A DNA stretch of 64,000 nt from an uncultured bacterium. Lineage in GTDB: Bacteria; Chloroflexota; UBA5177; JANWHV01. Shown here piece by piece: positions 18,460 through 28,031 of this stretch. Location of the stretch: NCBI GenBank assembly GCA_963729625.1, contig CAVSOU010000008.1, positions 256,001 to 320,000 of the forward strand. Reading direction: 5' to 3'. The position numbers were made by a program, and so were the translations under genes. Below the pieces are notes generated by a model, which saw only the letters and a list, made by a program, of their open reading frames with translations, made no database searches and was not told the DNA's origin. Each line of letters starts with the position of its first letter. Positions within the stretch are counted from its first letter, which is position 1.

Positions 18460-18674
18460 GCCGGACCCCCACTCGGGTGGGTACCCGGTGCCCGGTCCCC
18501 GGTCCCCGCCGCGGCGATCGCGTTCCGCCGCACGAGCTCGTCGATCGCCTCCAGCAGCAGCATCGCCAATCCGGTCAGCCGCTGATCGTGCGCGTGGTCC
18601 TTCACCAGGTCGATCACCGTGGCGCGAATAATCCCGCACTCCTCATCGCTGAACACCCGCAACGCCTCCGCCAT
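18456..18674 (-). CDS. Small hypothetical protein
   Basis: Translationally coupled on both sides (TGATG and ATGA). Confidence 0.55.
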   Translation of the reverse strand: MAEALRVFSDEECGIIRATVIDLVKDHAHDQRLTGLAMLLLEAIDELVRRNAIAAAGTGDRAPGTHPSGGPA

Positions 18675-19084
18675 CACGCCTCCACCAGGATGACGTTCAT
18701 GTGGTAGCTCACCCCGGTCACTTGCGTCCGCGGGTCCACCACGTGCTCTTCGTAGCTGTCGAAATGCACCTGCCAGACACTGGCGTCCACGTCCGTGAAG
18801 GCGAGCTGGGTGTTCACCTTGGCGTAGCTCGCCGCCAGAGCGTCGCGTATGGCCTTGCCCTGCACCGCCAACAGCTGGCCACTGTAGTCCGTCAGCTGCG
18901 TCAGCCCCAGGATCGCCAGGTGCCACTCGCGCTTGCCCGGGCCCGCATCGACGTACCGCTCGGACCCACCCTTGGCCACGGTCGCCCTGCGCAGCCGCGG
19001 CTGCTTCATCACGTGCCCGGACGGCGCCAGCATGTACCCGGACCCGTCCAGGATGATCTGGCAATCCACTCCCTGCGTCGCCAT
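18674..19084 (-). CDS. Putative tail (distal-tail-like) protein
   Basis: 136 aa beta-rich protein coupled between adaptor and hub genes; function inferred from position. Confidence 0.5.
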   Translation of the reverse strand: MATQGVDCQIILDGSGYMLAPSGHVMKQPRLRRATVAKGGSERYVDAGPGKREWHLAILGLTQLTDYSGQLLAVQGKAIRDALAASYAKVNTQLAFTDVDASVWQVHFDSYEEHVVDPRTQVTGVSYHMNVILVEA

Positions 19085-20184
19085 CAGATCCACGCCCAGC
19101 GCCGCGCCACGGCGCCCCACTGCGCCACCGCCGCGTACGAGGCGTCACGCTGCTGCTTCACCTCCTGGAGCCGCTGCTTGAACTGGCTCAGCAGGTTGTT
19201 GCCCACACTCAGCCAGTGCTCCGGCACCTTCGCCTCGTGTACCTGATCGCGCATCACGCCGTCCTGGTAGTCGAACAGGTCGTTCGTGCCCACCTGAAAC
19301 GCCAGGCAGGCGTAGGCCGCGGCGCCGAGCAGCACCACGTCGTGATGCTGCTCGGGCACCGTGGTCCCGTTCGTGGCGAGCACATGCTTGCTGGCGTACG
19401 ACAGCTGGACCGTGCCGGGATCCACCGGATCCGGTAGCTCGGCATCGGCCAGCTGCATCTCCACCAGCGGCACGTTCAGGGTTGAATCGGCGACCGGCGC
19501 CGGTACGCCGAGCAAGCCATCCGCCACGCCGTCGGAAAAGAGGGTGGTAGTGTTGTCCGCGATCGTGCCCGCGTAGTAGTAGGCGGAGCCGCCCGCTGCC
19601 GTGCGGTAGATGTTCCGCCCCAGACAGTACGGATCCGGGCCCAGCGGCACGGTCACCTCCGCCCGCTGATTGGCCGGCACGATTGCCGGCGAGGCCGGGC
19701 TCACCACCGTCTCGCCGGCAATGCCGCGGAACGTAACCACATACGTGTAGCTGCCGTTCAGCGGGCCCGTCGAGGCCACTACGGCCGCGGACGGCGCCGC
19801 CGGCACGGGCAGGCACGGCTGCGTCTTCTCCACAAACGGCACCACGAAATGCGGGAACTGCCCGGTCGGGTATTCGCACGCCTCCACCCACCAGGCCGGG
19901 CCGGTGCCCGCAGCGCCCACCACGCCCGCGGGATCCACCACCGTGGGTACCGCCACCAACCGCGATCCGCCGTTCGCGCTCACCAGCGCCACCTGCGTCC
20001 AGGGAAACACGAAGCTGTATTGGTCCAGAGCCCGGTCAATGGCCCGCGTCAGGTCGCTGTCCGCCCAGCGCGGACTGGGACCCGCCGCGTCGAAAATGTC
20101 CTGCCGCAGCCGCGTCAGGGCATCGCTCAGCGTCGGCGCAGCGAACGGCAGCCCCGCCACGCTGCTCGGTATCACCAACGGCAT
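19084..20184 (-). CDS. Head-tail adaptor-like protein with an inserted FnIII-like domain
   Basis: LTRLRQDIFD...RWADSDLTRAIDRAL N-terminus and TVPEQHHDVVLLGAAAYA; central YTYVVTF...RNIYRT...FSD module. Confidence 0.65.
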   Translation of the reverse strand: MPLVIPSSVAGLPFAAPTLSDALTRLRQDIFDAAGPSPRWADSDLTRAIDRALDQYSFVFPWTQVALVSANGGSRLVAVPTVVDPAGVVGAAGTGPAWWVEACEYPTGQFPHFVVPFVEKTQPCLPVPAAPSAAVVASTGPLNGSYTYVVTFRGIAGETVVSPASPAIVPANQRAEVTVPLGPDPYCLGRNIYRTAAGGSAYYYAGTIADNTTTLFSDGVADGLLGVPAPVADSTLNVPLVEMQLADAELPDPVDPGTVQLSYASKHVLATNGTTVPEQHHDVVLLGAAAYACLAFQVGTNDLFDYQDGVMRDQVHEAKVPEHWLSVGNNLLSQFKQRLQEVKQQRDASYAAVAQWGAVARRWAWI

Positions 20185-20567
20185 TAGCGCATCCTCCTCA
20201 GCTCCAGCAACCAGCGATCCAGCGCCAGGCCCACCTTGCGATAGCTCAAGACCTCCAGCTTGATCGCCGCCGCCACGCTCGCATCGTCGATCGCCCCGTC
20301 CGTCAGCGCGAGGTAGGCAATCGGCCGCGGGTCCACGTCCACCGGCAGCTCCGCCAGGTACTCATTGATCGTCTTCTCCGTCTGGTCGCGCACCAGCGGG
20401 TCGGCACTATCCACCTGCTTGAGCACGATCTGCACGCTCACCGCCTGAAAACCGCCGTAAGCCGTGCGGTAGACGGCCGCCACGCCGATCGACCGGCCCA
20501 GGCGCATCGTCACCCGGTTCGCCGCGATGTGCGCCAGCTTGCTCGCGTTCAGCGGCGTCAGTGCCAT
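20184..20567 (-). CDS. Putative head-closure protein
   Basis: 127 aa, TAATG coupling to the adaptor gene; function inferred from position. Confidence 0.45.
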   Translation of the reverse strand: MALTPLNASKLAHIAANRVTMRLGRSIGVAAVYRTAYGGFQAVSVQIVLKQVDSADPLVRDQTEKTINEYLAELPVDVDPRPIAYLALTDGAIDDASVAAAIKLEVLSYRKVGLALDRWLLELRRMR

Positions 20568-20696
20568 AGCCACGCTCCCAGCACCAGCAGCCAATACACC
20601 AGCACCGCCACCCCAGGACCCACTCTGGTGGGTGCCCCCAGCCGCCACGAGTGCAGACTCACCTTCGCCTCCGCTCCCATCCGGGGCACCCGCGTT

Positions 20697-20927
20697 TCAG
20701 TGCAGCCGGTACACGATCACGCCCACCACGGTGAGCAAGAACCCGAACAGCTGCAGACCCGCCGTCGCCAGCACGTAGTTGAGCTTCCTATCCACCTTCT
20801 CCACCGCCTCCGACATCCGGTTGATGCGCTCGCGGCTCAGTCGGCCAAACTCGCACCCGTCCTTGTCCAGCTCGCACCGGACCACGTAGACCGTGCTCCG
20901 GCCACGCACACGTCCTGCCGGCTGCAT
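20697..20927 (-). CDS. Small coiled-coil plus transmembrane protein (XhlA/holin-like)
   Basis: ERINRMSEAVEKVDRKL followed by a hydrophobic C-terminal helix. Confidence 0.55.
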   Translation of the reverse strand: MQPAGRVRGRSTVYVVRCELDKDGCEFGRLSRERINRMSEAVEKVDRKLNYVLATAGLQLFGFLLTVVGVIVYRLH

Positions 20928-20940
20928 CCGCTCACCCCCC

Positions 20941-22785
20941 TTACCCCAGCGCTATCCAGTCGCACGCCACCGTGGCCGACACGTTCGTCCCGTCTCGCCG
21001 TACCGCCCCCAGCGTGAAGCCGCTGTTGCCCACGCCGGAGACCACGGCAAAGTAGTTGGCGTCCGTGCTCGCCGCTACCACCGTCGGCGTCACCGTCTGC
21101 CCGGTAAAGGCCGTGGGGAACGCCACCACCGCGGTCCCGCTCGCCGTCCCGCTGAGCGTCACGTTGTTCACGCCCCGCTGCAATCGCTGCTGTGGATCGT
21201 TCGCCTCCACCTCAAAGCCCTGCCGGCGCCAGCGCCCCAGCTCCAGCGCGTCGAAGCGCCAGGCATAGCCGCTGCTCGCCGCGTTCTTGGTCCCCGCGTG
21301 CGTCACCACCACCGTGTGCACGGCGTCAGTCAGCCCGTGCGCCAGCAGCACCCGGTCCTGCGGCGCCGAGGCCCCGTTCGCGTCGCCCAGATCGCTGGTC
21401 GAGGCCGGATACGCCCGGTACAGGTCGATCAGCGTCGCGGCGCCGCCATCCACCGCCACACTGACCTGCCCGCAGTCCGAGAACCGCCGGCAGAGCATCG
21501 AGACATCCACGAACCGGCCCTGGATCGTCACCGTGTCGCCGGTATGACTGGTCACGTATTCGTCGCCGCTCGCCGTCAGCGCCTTGCCCTGCCAGCCTGC
21601 CCCATGCAAGGCCCAGCCCGTGCCCGAGATCGCCACCTGCGAGCTACTGTAGGGCACGCGCACCAGCTCCCACGTCTTCCCCGCTCCGTAGCCGCCCCGC
21701 TCGAACGGCACCGCCACGGCCGGCGAAAAATGCTTGGCGATCTCGCCCGCGATCGCCGCGTGCCCCGCGTCGGTCGGGAAGACGCGACTGGTACCGGAGC
21801 TCAGCCACGGGTAGTACCCATCGCTCGGGCCGCCGGAGAGGTAGCAGTCCAGCCACAGCTGCCGGATGTCCGCCAGGTCGCACTGCAGCCGCGCCGCCAC
21901 CGACCGCGCGGCGTTCGCGTAGTCGTCGATGCTGTTGGCGCTGGGCGGGTTGGCGTGCGGCGTACAGAGCAAAACCTCCGCCTGCGTCGCGGTGCGCACC
22001 ACGTTGACCAGGCTTTCCAGGTTGCTGGCGTAGCCGGCCGCGTCGGTCACTTGCTGCGCGGCGCCCGTGGTCGAGTCCCACAGGCCAAATGCGGCGATCA
22101 CCACGTCCGTCGCCGGCCAGTACGTCAGGTTCGCGAACCGGCGCAAGAAGCGCAGCACCGTGTCCCCCTTCACGCCACCGTTCACCACCTGAATCGTCTG
22201 CCCGTTCGTGCCCGTCTGCAGCGTGCTCGAGGTCCAGCTGGGAATCGGCCCGTCGCTGGTCGCCGCCCAGCTCGCCGGGTCCCACCGCAGCACGGTCGAG
22301 CTCGGGTAGAGTGCCGCCAGCTGCGCCGCCAGCAGCGCTACCCAGCCGCCGCTCACCGTGCCGCTCGCGTCGTATCCCACCGTCACGTCGTCGCCGGCAC
22401 AGAAGATGGTCACGTCGGAGCCCGCCAGCAGCCGGCCCAGGGCCCGCGGCAAGCCCGAGGCCCGCGCACTGGCCACAGCGCGCCGCACCAGGTCCGCCGC
22501 CACCACCGGCTGGTGGTAGCTCCATACCACCTGCTGCGTGCCGCCCAGCTGCGTGTACGTAACCAGGATGTGGTAATCGTCCGGCGGCAGCGCCGCGAAC
22601 GCGAACCGCCCGCTCGCATCCGTCATCGTCAGCGCCACCGGCGTGGGCAGCCCCGTGGCGCCGGTCGGCAGCGTGCCGGCCGCGAACTGCCCCGTGGAGA
22701 AGGCGTAGACCTTGGCCCCCACCACCGCGACACCCGACGCGCTGAACACCACGTCGCTGTAATATGCCAGATAGGCCTTCGGCAC
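20941..22785 (-). CDS. SGNH/GDSL-fold virion accessory or fibre-like protein
   Basis: N-terminal TDASGRFAF beta-sandwich; SGNH blocks (AGDDVTVG, NGGVKG, FGLWD, PTDAGH); C-terminal VAFPTAF...WIALG fibre-tip motif. Confidence 0.7.
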   Translation of the reverse strand: MPKAYLAYYSDVVFSASGVAVVGAKVYAFSTGQFAAGTLPTGATGLPTPVALTMTDASGRFAFAALPPDDYHILVTYTQLGGTQQVVWSYHQPVVAADLVRRAVASARASGLPRALGRLLAGSDVTIFCAGDDVTVGYDASGTVSGGWVALLAAQLAALYPSSTVLRWDPASWAATSDGPIPSWTSSTLQTGTNGQTIQVVNGGVKGDTVLRFLRRFANLTYWPATDVVIAAFGLWDSTTGAAQQVTDAAGYASNLESLVNVVRTATQAEVLLCTPHANPPSANSIDDYANAARSVAARLQCDLADIRQLWLDCYLSGGPSDGYYPWLSSGTSRVFPTDAGHAAIAGEIAKHFSPAVAVPFERGGYGAGKTWELVRVPYSSSQVAISGTGWALHGAGWQGKALTASGDEYVTSHTGDTVTIQGRFVDVSMLCRRFSDCGQVSVAVDGGAATLIDLYRAYPASTSDLGDANGASAPQDRVLLAHGLTDAVHTVVVTHAGTKNAASSGYAWRFDALELGRWRRQGFEVEANDPQQRLQRGVNNVTLSGTASGTAVVAFPTAFTGQTVTPTVVAASTDANYFAVVSGVGNSGFTLGAVRRDGTNVSATVACDWIALG

Positions 22786-22800
22786 GCCTCGCCTCCCCTC

Positions 22801-22942
22801 GTGATGCCCCGGGATTCATCCCGCGGGCACTCACAAGAGTGGGTGCCCGCGGGGAGCCTCATTCCACCGCACGTGATGCCCCGGCGTTCACGCCGGGGAG
22901 GCTCATTCCATCACCAAACCGCGGGCTTCAGCCCGCATCCGC
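22801..22942. repeat. Composite REP/BIME-like palindrome cluster
   Basis: Two GTGATGCCCCGG...CCGGGGAG units, one containing a CAC-AAGA-GTGGG hairpin, plus GCGGGCTTCAGCCCGC; 22873-22942 recurs at 27433-27502. Confidence 0.8.
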
Positions 22943-22944
22943 TG

Positions 22945-23406
22945 TCAATTGAAGATGTGGTAGCCGATGTCCGTGTGCGCCACCGTGCTGGACGTGCCGT
23001 TGTTGTAGATCGTCACCGTGAAGGCGCCGGAGCTGCTGCTCATCGTCCGCGCCGTCACGATGAACGACAGAATGACGCCCGCGCCCGGATCGGACAGCGG
23101 GTAGCACACGATGTGCGACAGATCGCGCACCAGGTTATTGCTCACCGCGACCGTCGTGCTCGCGCCGTCCGACAGCGCCGGCAGCGTGAACGCGCCCAGC
23201 GGCTGGTTCGCCACCTGGGTCGTGCCGCTCACGCCCGTCGGCGCATTCGTGGGAGCCGTCCCCGACCCGAAGCCGGTCTGCCCGGCATACAGCAAGTTCA
23301 CCGTCGTCTTCAGAATCGCATGGGTGCCGGCGATGTACGTGCCGGCCTGGTCGTAGAAGCCGCGAAGCCACGGCTCCATCGCGCTCGGCAGGGTCTTTAA
23401 CGCCAT
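22945..23406 (-). CDS. Hypothetical virion-associated protein
   Basis: 153 aa, beta/Thr-rich, GGAGGG RBS, within the structural operon. Confidence 0.6.
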   Translation of the reverse strand: MALKTLPSAMEPWLRGFYDQAGTYIAGTHAILKTTVNLLYAGQTGFGSGTAPTNAPTGVSGTTQVANQPLGAFTLPALSDGASTTVAVSNNLVRDLSHIVCYPLSDPGAGVILSFIVTARTMSSSSGAFTVTIYNNGTSSTVAHTDIGYHIFN

Positions 23407-23415
23407 TTTGCCCTC

Positions 23416-24738
23416 CTAGAGTACGGACAGCAGCATCGACGCCATCACCGCGTGCCCGGTGTCGCCCATGTGCGAGCCATAGGCGCTGCCGCTGTAGTAC
23501 AGATTCGCGATCGGATTCGCCCCCGCCCGCATCTCGGCATCCACATCCACAAACACGCCGTCATAGGCCAGGCACACATCCCGCATCCGCGCCCGGTAGA
23601 GCGCCCAGGAATCCGCGTTCGTAAAGGGCGAAGGGAAATCGCTGCGCTTGTAGTTGGCCACGAACGGCGTGGTCATCACCAGGCTGGCCCCCACGTTCGA
23701 CGCGCTCCGCGCCAGTTGCTCCAGGCCGTAGGCGTAGGCGTCCAGGCCCACCGCCCCCTGCATGTCGTTCACGCCCAGCGAGAGCAGCACCAGCTTCGGC
23801 GTCTGTGGAAAGTCCTCGATCATCGCCGGACACTGCAGGAACTGCGGCTGTATCGTCGGGTAGATCGGCACGCCGTGAACACTCGCCGTGCGTCCCTGAA
23901 AGGCCTGCTTGATCCACAGCAGCCCGGTCGCGGCTCGGCCGGTGGGGAAGATCGTCGCGCCCGCGATGTACAGATTCCCGTTGCCGGTATTGGTGATGCG
24001 AATCTGGCTCATCATCACGCCCGTCGAGGTCCAGTTGTACCAGCGCGCCGATCGCTTGTATGCTCCGGAGGCCAGTCCCGTCAGCGCCGGCGTGTTGGTT
24101 ACGCTGTAGCCGGTGGGATAGGGCGGCACGCTGGGCGGCGTCGCACTGCCGTTGCTGGCAAATACCCCGCTCCCGGCGGACTGCGACACCCACACAGGAC
24201 TGCCCACCGTGCCCGTATTGGCATCCACCGTGAACGCCGCGCCGTTCGCATCCTGGTAGCCCCAGAGATCGAAGTCGGTGAACGTGCCCGCGTTCGGCGT
24301 CAGGACATAGGTATCCGTCGCAGCGTGGCTGGACGGACCCTGATACTCACCTGCCATATACGACAGCGAGATCCACCCGGTGGTCGGCGTGTTCAGCGTC
24401 GCCATCCACTGGTAGTCAGTGGCAGCGTTTAACACGCCTGTTGCCGGGCCATACGCCGTTCCCTCGCCGGTCACGCCGCAGTCGCCCAGACCGATGTATT
24501 CGCCCGCATTGCCGTAGCGCGCCGCCAGCGCCGCGCGCACCAGGCCCTGCCAGCTCTTCGTGTACCAGACTGAGGCATAGTAGCCCTGCCCGATGGAGTC
24601 GCCGATCACCATCACCGGCTGCGCGGCGGATCCCATGTTGCCCTTGGCCGTGTTCCAGGCCGCCAGCGCGCCGTTCGGCACCATGATGTACGGCGAGGGG
24701 TTGGCGTTGAAGATCGGCGGGTTGATGCTCTGTCCCAT
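23416..24738 (-). CDS. SGNH/GDSL hydrolase
   Basis: IGDSIGQG, LGVND and GSHMGDTGH; catalytic Ser and His present. Confidence 0.8.
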   Translation of the reverse strand: MGQSINPPIFNANPSPYIMVPNGALAAWNTAKGNMGSAAQPVMVIGDSIGQGYYASVWYTKSWQGLVRAALAARYGNAGEYIGLGDCGVTGEGTAYGPATGVLNAATDYQWMATLNTPTTGWISLSYMAGEYQGPSSHAATDTYVLTPNAGTFTDFDLWGYQDANGAAFTVDANTGTVGSPVWVSQSAGSGVFASNGSATPPSVPPYPTGYSVTNTPALTGLASGAYKRSARWYNWTSTGVMMSQIRITNTGNGNLYIAGATIFPTGRAATGLLWIKQAFQGRTASVHGVPIYPTIQPQFLQCPAMIEDFPQTPKLVLLSLGVNDMQGAVGLDAYAYGLEQLARSASNVGASLVMTTPFVANYKRSDFPSPFTNADSWALYRARMRDVCLAYDGVFVDVDAEMRAGANPIANLYYSGSAYGSHMGDTGHAVMASMLLSVL

Positions 24739-25655
24739 CACAGCCACCCCTTCAGCACGATGTTGCTGCCGCCCGTGCCGTTCACGTTCGTCGCCGCCGT
24801 GGAGAACAGGTGCACCGCCGTCACCGGATGGTCCACCAGCAACGCGCCCCCATTGGGCGGAATCTGCCAGGACCCTGCCGTCGCCGCCGCGTCGTACTCG
24901 ATGCCCACCGCCGTGCTGCTGTTGTTCTGGATCTCCACGTGATGCACTTTGCTGCTGAACGTGAAGGTCGTATCCGCGGAGGCGGTCAAAGCGGCCGGAG
25001 GCGCGGACAGCGCTACCGAGGCGCCGGAATAGACATTGACGCCCGCCACCAGCGCCGCCAGGTTGCCGCCCGTCTCCCGCGCCACGTTATCCGTGGCCCA
25101 GGCCGCCACACTGGCCCAAATCCCCACGCCGATCGAGTCGCCCGCATACAGCACCGAGCAGCGCACGCGGACGTACTGCTTTGCGCTTGCCGTGCCCTTG
25201 AGCAGCACCGCCGCACCGCCGGCCTGCGAGGATACCGGCGGCCCGGCCGCAGTGGAGCTGTTGAACGTGGAGGCGAACCACGTCGTGCCGTCCTCGGACT
25301 CGTCCACCACAATCGTCGATCCGGCCGAGAACGTGCCGGAGATCACCGCGATCCACGCGCCCTGGCCCTTGCCCAGCGTGAGAGAGACCGTGCCGCCCGC
25401 GACCGGCGTGCCGATGGCCGGCTGCGCGGCGGTGATCGTGCCCGTCGCGGTGATATCGGCCGTGGAGACAGGCTGTGCCGTGCCGCCGCTCACCCCCTGC
25501 ACGGAGATCACGGCGGCGTTCGGCGTGCCCGCCGTCCCCGTCGGCACCGCGGACACGTCTCCGGTTATCACGGCAGTGGTCGGCAAGGGGTTCGCCGCGC
25601 TCACCTCCACCATCTTGCCGTTCGCGTCGAGATACTGCGCGACTTCGTAACTCAT
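24738..25655 (-). CDS. Hypothetical fibre/decoration-like protein
   Basis: VSAANPLP and Ala/Gly/Thr-rich beta repeats; TGATG coupling. Confidence 0.6.
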   Translation of the reverse strand: MSYEVAQYLDANGKMVEVSAANPLPTTAVITGDVSAVPTGTAGTPNAAVISVQGVSGGTAQPVSTADITATGTITAAQPAIGTPVAGGTVSLTLGKGQGAWIAVISGTFSAGSTIVVDESEDGTTWFASTFNSSTAAGPPVSSQAGGAAVLLKGTASAKQYVRVRCSVLYAGDSIGVGIWASVAAWATDNVARETGGNLAALVAGVNVYSGASVALSAPPAALTASADTTFTFSSKVHHVEIQNNSSTAVGIEYDAAATAGSWQIPPNGGALLVDHPVTAVHLFSTAATNVNGTGGSNIVLKGWL

Positions 25656-25665
25656 CAGCCCTCCC

Positions 25666-26892
25666 TCACAACACGCCGTTCAGCAGGACGGCCATCTTCA
25701 GATGTCCGGCCGGCGTCGGGCTACCGTCCGTGGCGCTGGTGATCCAGCCGTTCGTGTACGGCGTGCGCCCGAACAGCCGCTGCACGTCCACGAAGCCGCA
25801 GCAGCAGCTCTGGGCCACTTCCAGCATGGCCGCCTTGATGTCCCGGTAAGCCGTGCTGGCCGCGGCGGTATAATCCTGATCCGTCACCGCCGTGGCCGCC
25901 GCGAGCTGCCCGTCCGCCACGTAGGGCGCCACGATCAGCACCGATCCAACGTCGCCAGTCCCGTACCGCAGCGCGTAGACCAGGCTCAGCAGGGCGTCGC
26001 GGAAGTTGCCCTTCGTCACGCTCTGCAAGGCATCGTTCATGCCCAGGGCCACGATCGCCAGGTCCGGCTGGGCCGGAAAGCTCAAACCCGTCAGCGCCGT
26101 CGGCGAGGCCGTGGTGCCCGAATATCCCTGGTAGAGCGACCGCTTGTCCACCGGCGCCGCCCCGGTGTCCGAGAGCGCGTTATGCGGGGCCGACCCCGTG
26201 TACAGGCCCATGCCCGCCCAGGCCATGTTCGCGAAGGCCAGCCCGGTCGTCGCCGCGTAGGCCGTCACGCCAAGGATGCTGCAGGCGGCCGCGGTCGTCC
26301 CCGTGGCGTTGATCGTCAGCGTGTGCGTGCCCGCCGTCAGGCCCGTGATCGAGACCTTCTTCACGCTGGAGCCCGCGATCGTGCCCGCGCCCGTGCAGGT
26401 GACCGTATGCGCCACGCCGCCGTCGATCTTGTAGGTCCAGCTGCCGGTCGCGTAGTCCACATACAAAATGTCGAAGCCCACCACCGCGTAGGGCGGCGTG
26501 CAGCTCACCAGCGGCGAGTTCGCCTTCGCCGCCTGGCCGATGCAGTAGCCGAATCCGCCGTAGCTCGCGTTCCAGTCCGTGCTGGTCACGCCCGCCAGCA
26601 CGATCGGCGGCACCGCGGGGGCCAGACCGACGTTGGCGTCATACAGGAAGCTGAAATAGTCGCCGCAACAGACCCCGCCGTCCCGCGCCGTCAGGCTCGC
26701 CCGCAGCGTTGCCCAACAGGAATCCGCCATGATGTCCGTGGCCCCCTTGCCGGCCAGGATCTCATCGCCGATCCCCACCACGCCGACCGGCCGGCTGCCG
26801 CGCGCCGCCTTCGCCGCCTTCCATCCCGTGTCCCAGCCCACCGGCAACACACAGTACTGCGTCAGGGCCGGGTCAGTGCCGGCATTCTCCAC
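25666..26892 (-). CDS. SGNH-fold protein, catalytic residues altered
   Basis: IGDEILAG, LGMND and DGSPTPAGH; paralogous to 23416-24738. Confidence 0.75.
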   Translation of the reverse strand: MENAGTDPALTQYCVLPVGWDTGWKAAKAARGSRPVGVVGIGDEILAGKGATDIMADSCWATLRASLTARDGGVCCGDYFSFLYDANVGLAPAVPPIVLAGVTSTDWNASYGGFGYCIGQAAKANSPLVSCTPPYAVVGFDILYVDYATGSWTYKIDGGVAHTVTCTGAGTIAGSSVKKVSITGLTAGTHTLTINATGTTAAACSILGVTAYAATTGLAFANMAWAGMGLYTGSAPHNALSDTGAAPVDKRSLYQGYSGTTASPTALTGLSFPAQPDLAIVALGMNDALQSVTKGNFRDALLSLVYALRYGTGDVGSVLIVAPYVADGQLAAATAVTDQDYTAAASTAYRDIKAAMLEVAQSCCCGFVDVQRLFGRTPYTNGWITSATDGSPTPAGHLKMAVLLNGVL

Positions 26893-27023
26893 TCGCCTAC
26901 CTCCTCATCAGGGGGCCGCGTCGCACCGCGCCACCCGCCCGCGGCGGATCGCGTCCCGGCGCGGCCCCAACTACCACCTGCCCCTCGCAAGAACATGTCA
27001 GCCGGGGGTGCGCAGCACCCGTT

Positions 27024-27070
27024 CCGGGTACCCGGGCACCCACAAGAGTGGGTGATGAGCGGGTGGCCGC
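27024..27070. repeat. REP-like palindrome (CCCAC-AAGA-GTGGG family)
   Basis: CCGGGTACCCGGGCACCCACAAGAGTGGGTGATGAGCGGGTGGCCGC; near-identical copies at 32343 and 33412. Confidence 0.8.
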
Positions 27071-27394
27071 TCAGGGCGCCGTGATCTCCGGGTGGTTCTC
27101 CGGCGTGCTGCCGCCGGCCGGCCCCACCGCGCCCGTATAGGCGCCCAGGTCGTACCGATCCTCCTGCTTGCTAAAGGGTGGGAAGGCGCTGATCGCCTCC
27201 ATGTTCCCGTCGCCCGCATAACTATGCAGCGCCGGCTTGGCGATCGGCTCCGGGCTCTGGTGCCCGGATACCATTGCCGTGAAGGCGTCCTCCGGCCAGT
27301 CCGTGCCCTCATCCTGCGCCTTGTACGTATCCGACGCGGTGGGCAGCCCGTCCATGCTCGGTGCCTGCACCGCCTCCACGCTTCGACCTCTCAC
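27071..27394 (-). CDS. Hypothetical acidic, Pro-rich protein
   Basis: ORF in the operon direction with host-like codon usage; start uncertain. Confidence 0.45.
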   Translation of the reverse strand: MRGRSVEAVQAPSMDGLPTASDTYKAQDEGTDWPEDAFTAMVSGHQSPEPIAKPALHSYAGDGNMEAISAFPPFSKQEDRYDLGAYTGAVGPAGGSTPENHPEITAP

Positions 27395-27432
27395 GTTCCG
27401 TCCTTTCATCGGCCGGCCGGCCGATCGTCCTG

Positions 27433-27502
27433 GTGATGCCCCGGGATTCATCCCGGGGAGCCTCATTCCATCGCCTAGCCGCGGGCTTCAGCCCGCATCC
27501 GC
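27433..27502. repeat. 70-bp repeat, copy of 22873-22942
   Basis: GTGATGCCCCGGGATTCATCCCGGGGAGCCTCATTCCATC...GCGGGCTTCAGCCCGCATCCGC. Confidence 0.85.
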
Positions 27503-28027
27503 GCCCAACCAGGGAGCCGGATTCACATCCAGGTAGCTGCCGCCATTGCGCAGCAGGCTGTCCACCACGCCCTGCTCGCCCGCCGTCATCAGTCGCTGAC
27601 TAAACTGGTATGCTCCATCCCGCAAACCAGGCAGCGCTGTGTCCGGCGCATCGCGCGGAGCGCCCGCATCCACCTCCGTATTGAGCGCATAGGCGCCTCC
27701 CGAAAAGCCGATGGCAGGCTGCAGCCGGCTCACGTAGCTCATGTCCTGCGCATCGTCCAGCTGCACCGGAGCCTGCGGCGTCTGGTAGATCGGCGACTGT
27801 GCCGGCAGCGCCGCGTCCACCGGCGCGTCCGAGATCCCCGTCACGCTGTACGGCGCGTCGCCCGCCGCGTCCATGCTCCCATCGGGATTGTTGGGCAGGC
27901 CGCTGGGCTTGACCCCCGGCGGCTGGTTCAAGGCCACCGGGTACTCACCCGAAAAGTACGCCGCTGTGCTGCGCACCCCACCAGAGTGGGTGGCCCGCGC
28001 CTCCTCCACCCTTGTATCCAAGCTCAC
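27488..28027 (-). CDS. Hypothetical protein following the capsid gene
   Basis: GTG 4 nt after the capsid stop, GAGGGG RBS. Confidence 0.55.
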   Translation of the reverse strand: MSLDTRVEEARATHSGGVRSTAAYFSGEYPVALNQPPGVKPSGLPNNPDGSMDAAGDAPYSVTGISDAPVDAALPAQSPIYQTPQAPVQLDDAQDMSYVSRLQPAIGFSGGAYALNTEVDAGAPRDAPDTALPGLRDGAYQFSQRLMTAGEQGVVDSLLRNGGSYLDVNPAPWLGADAG

Positions 28028-28031
28028 CCCC

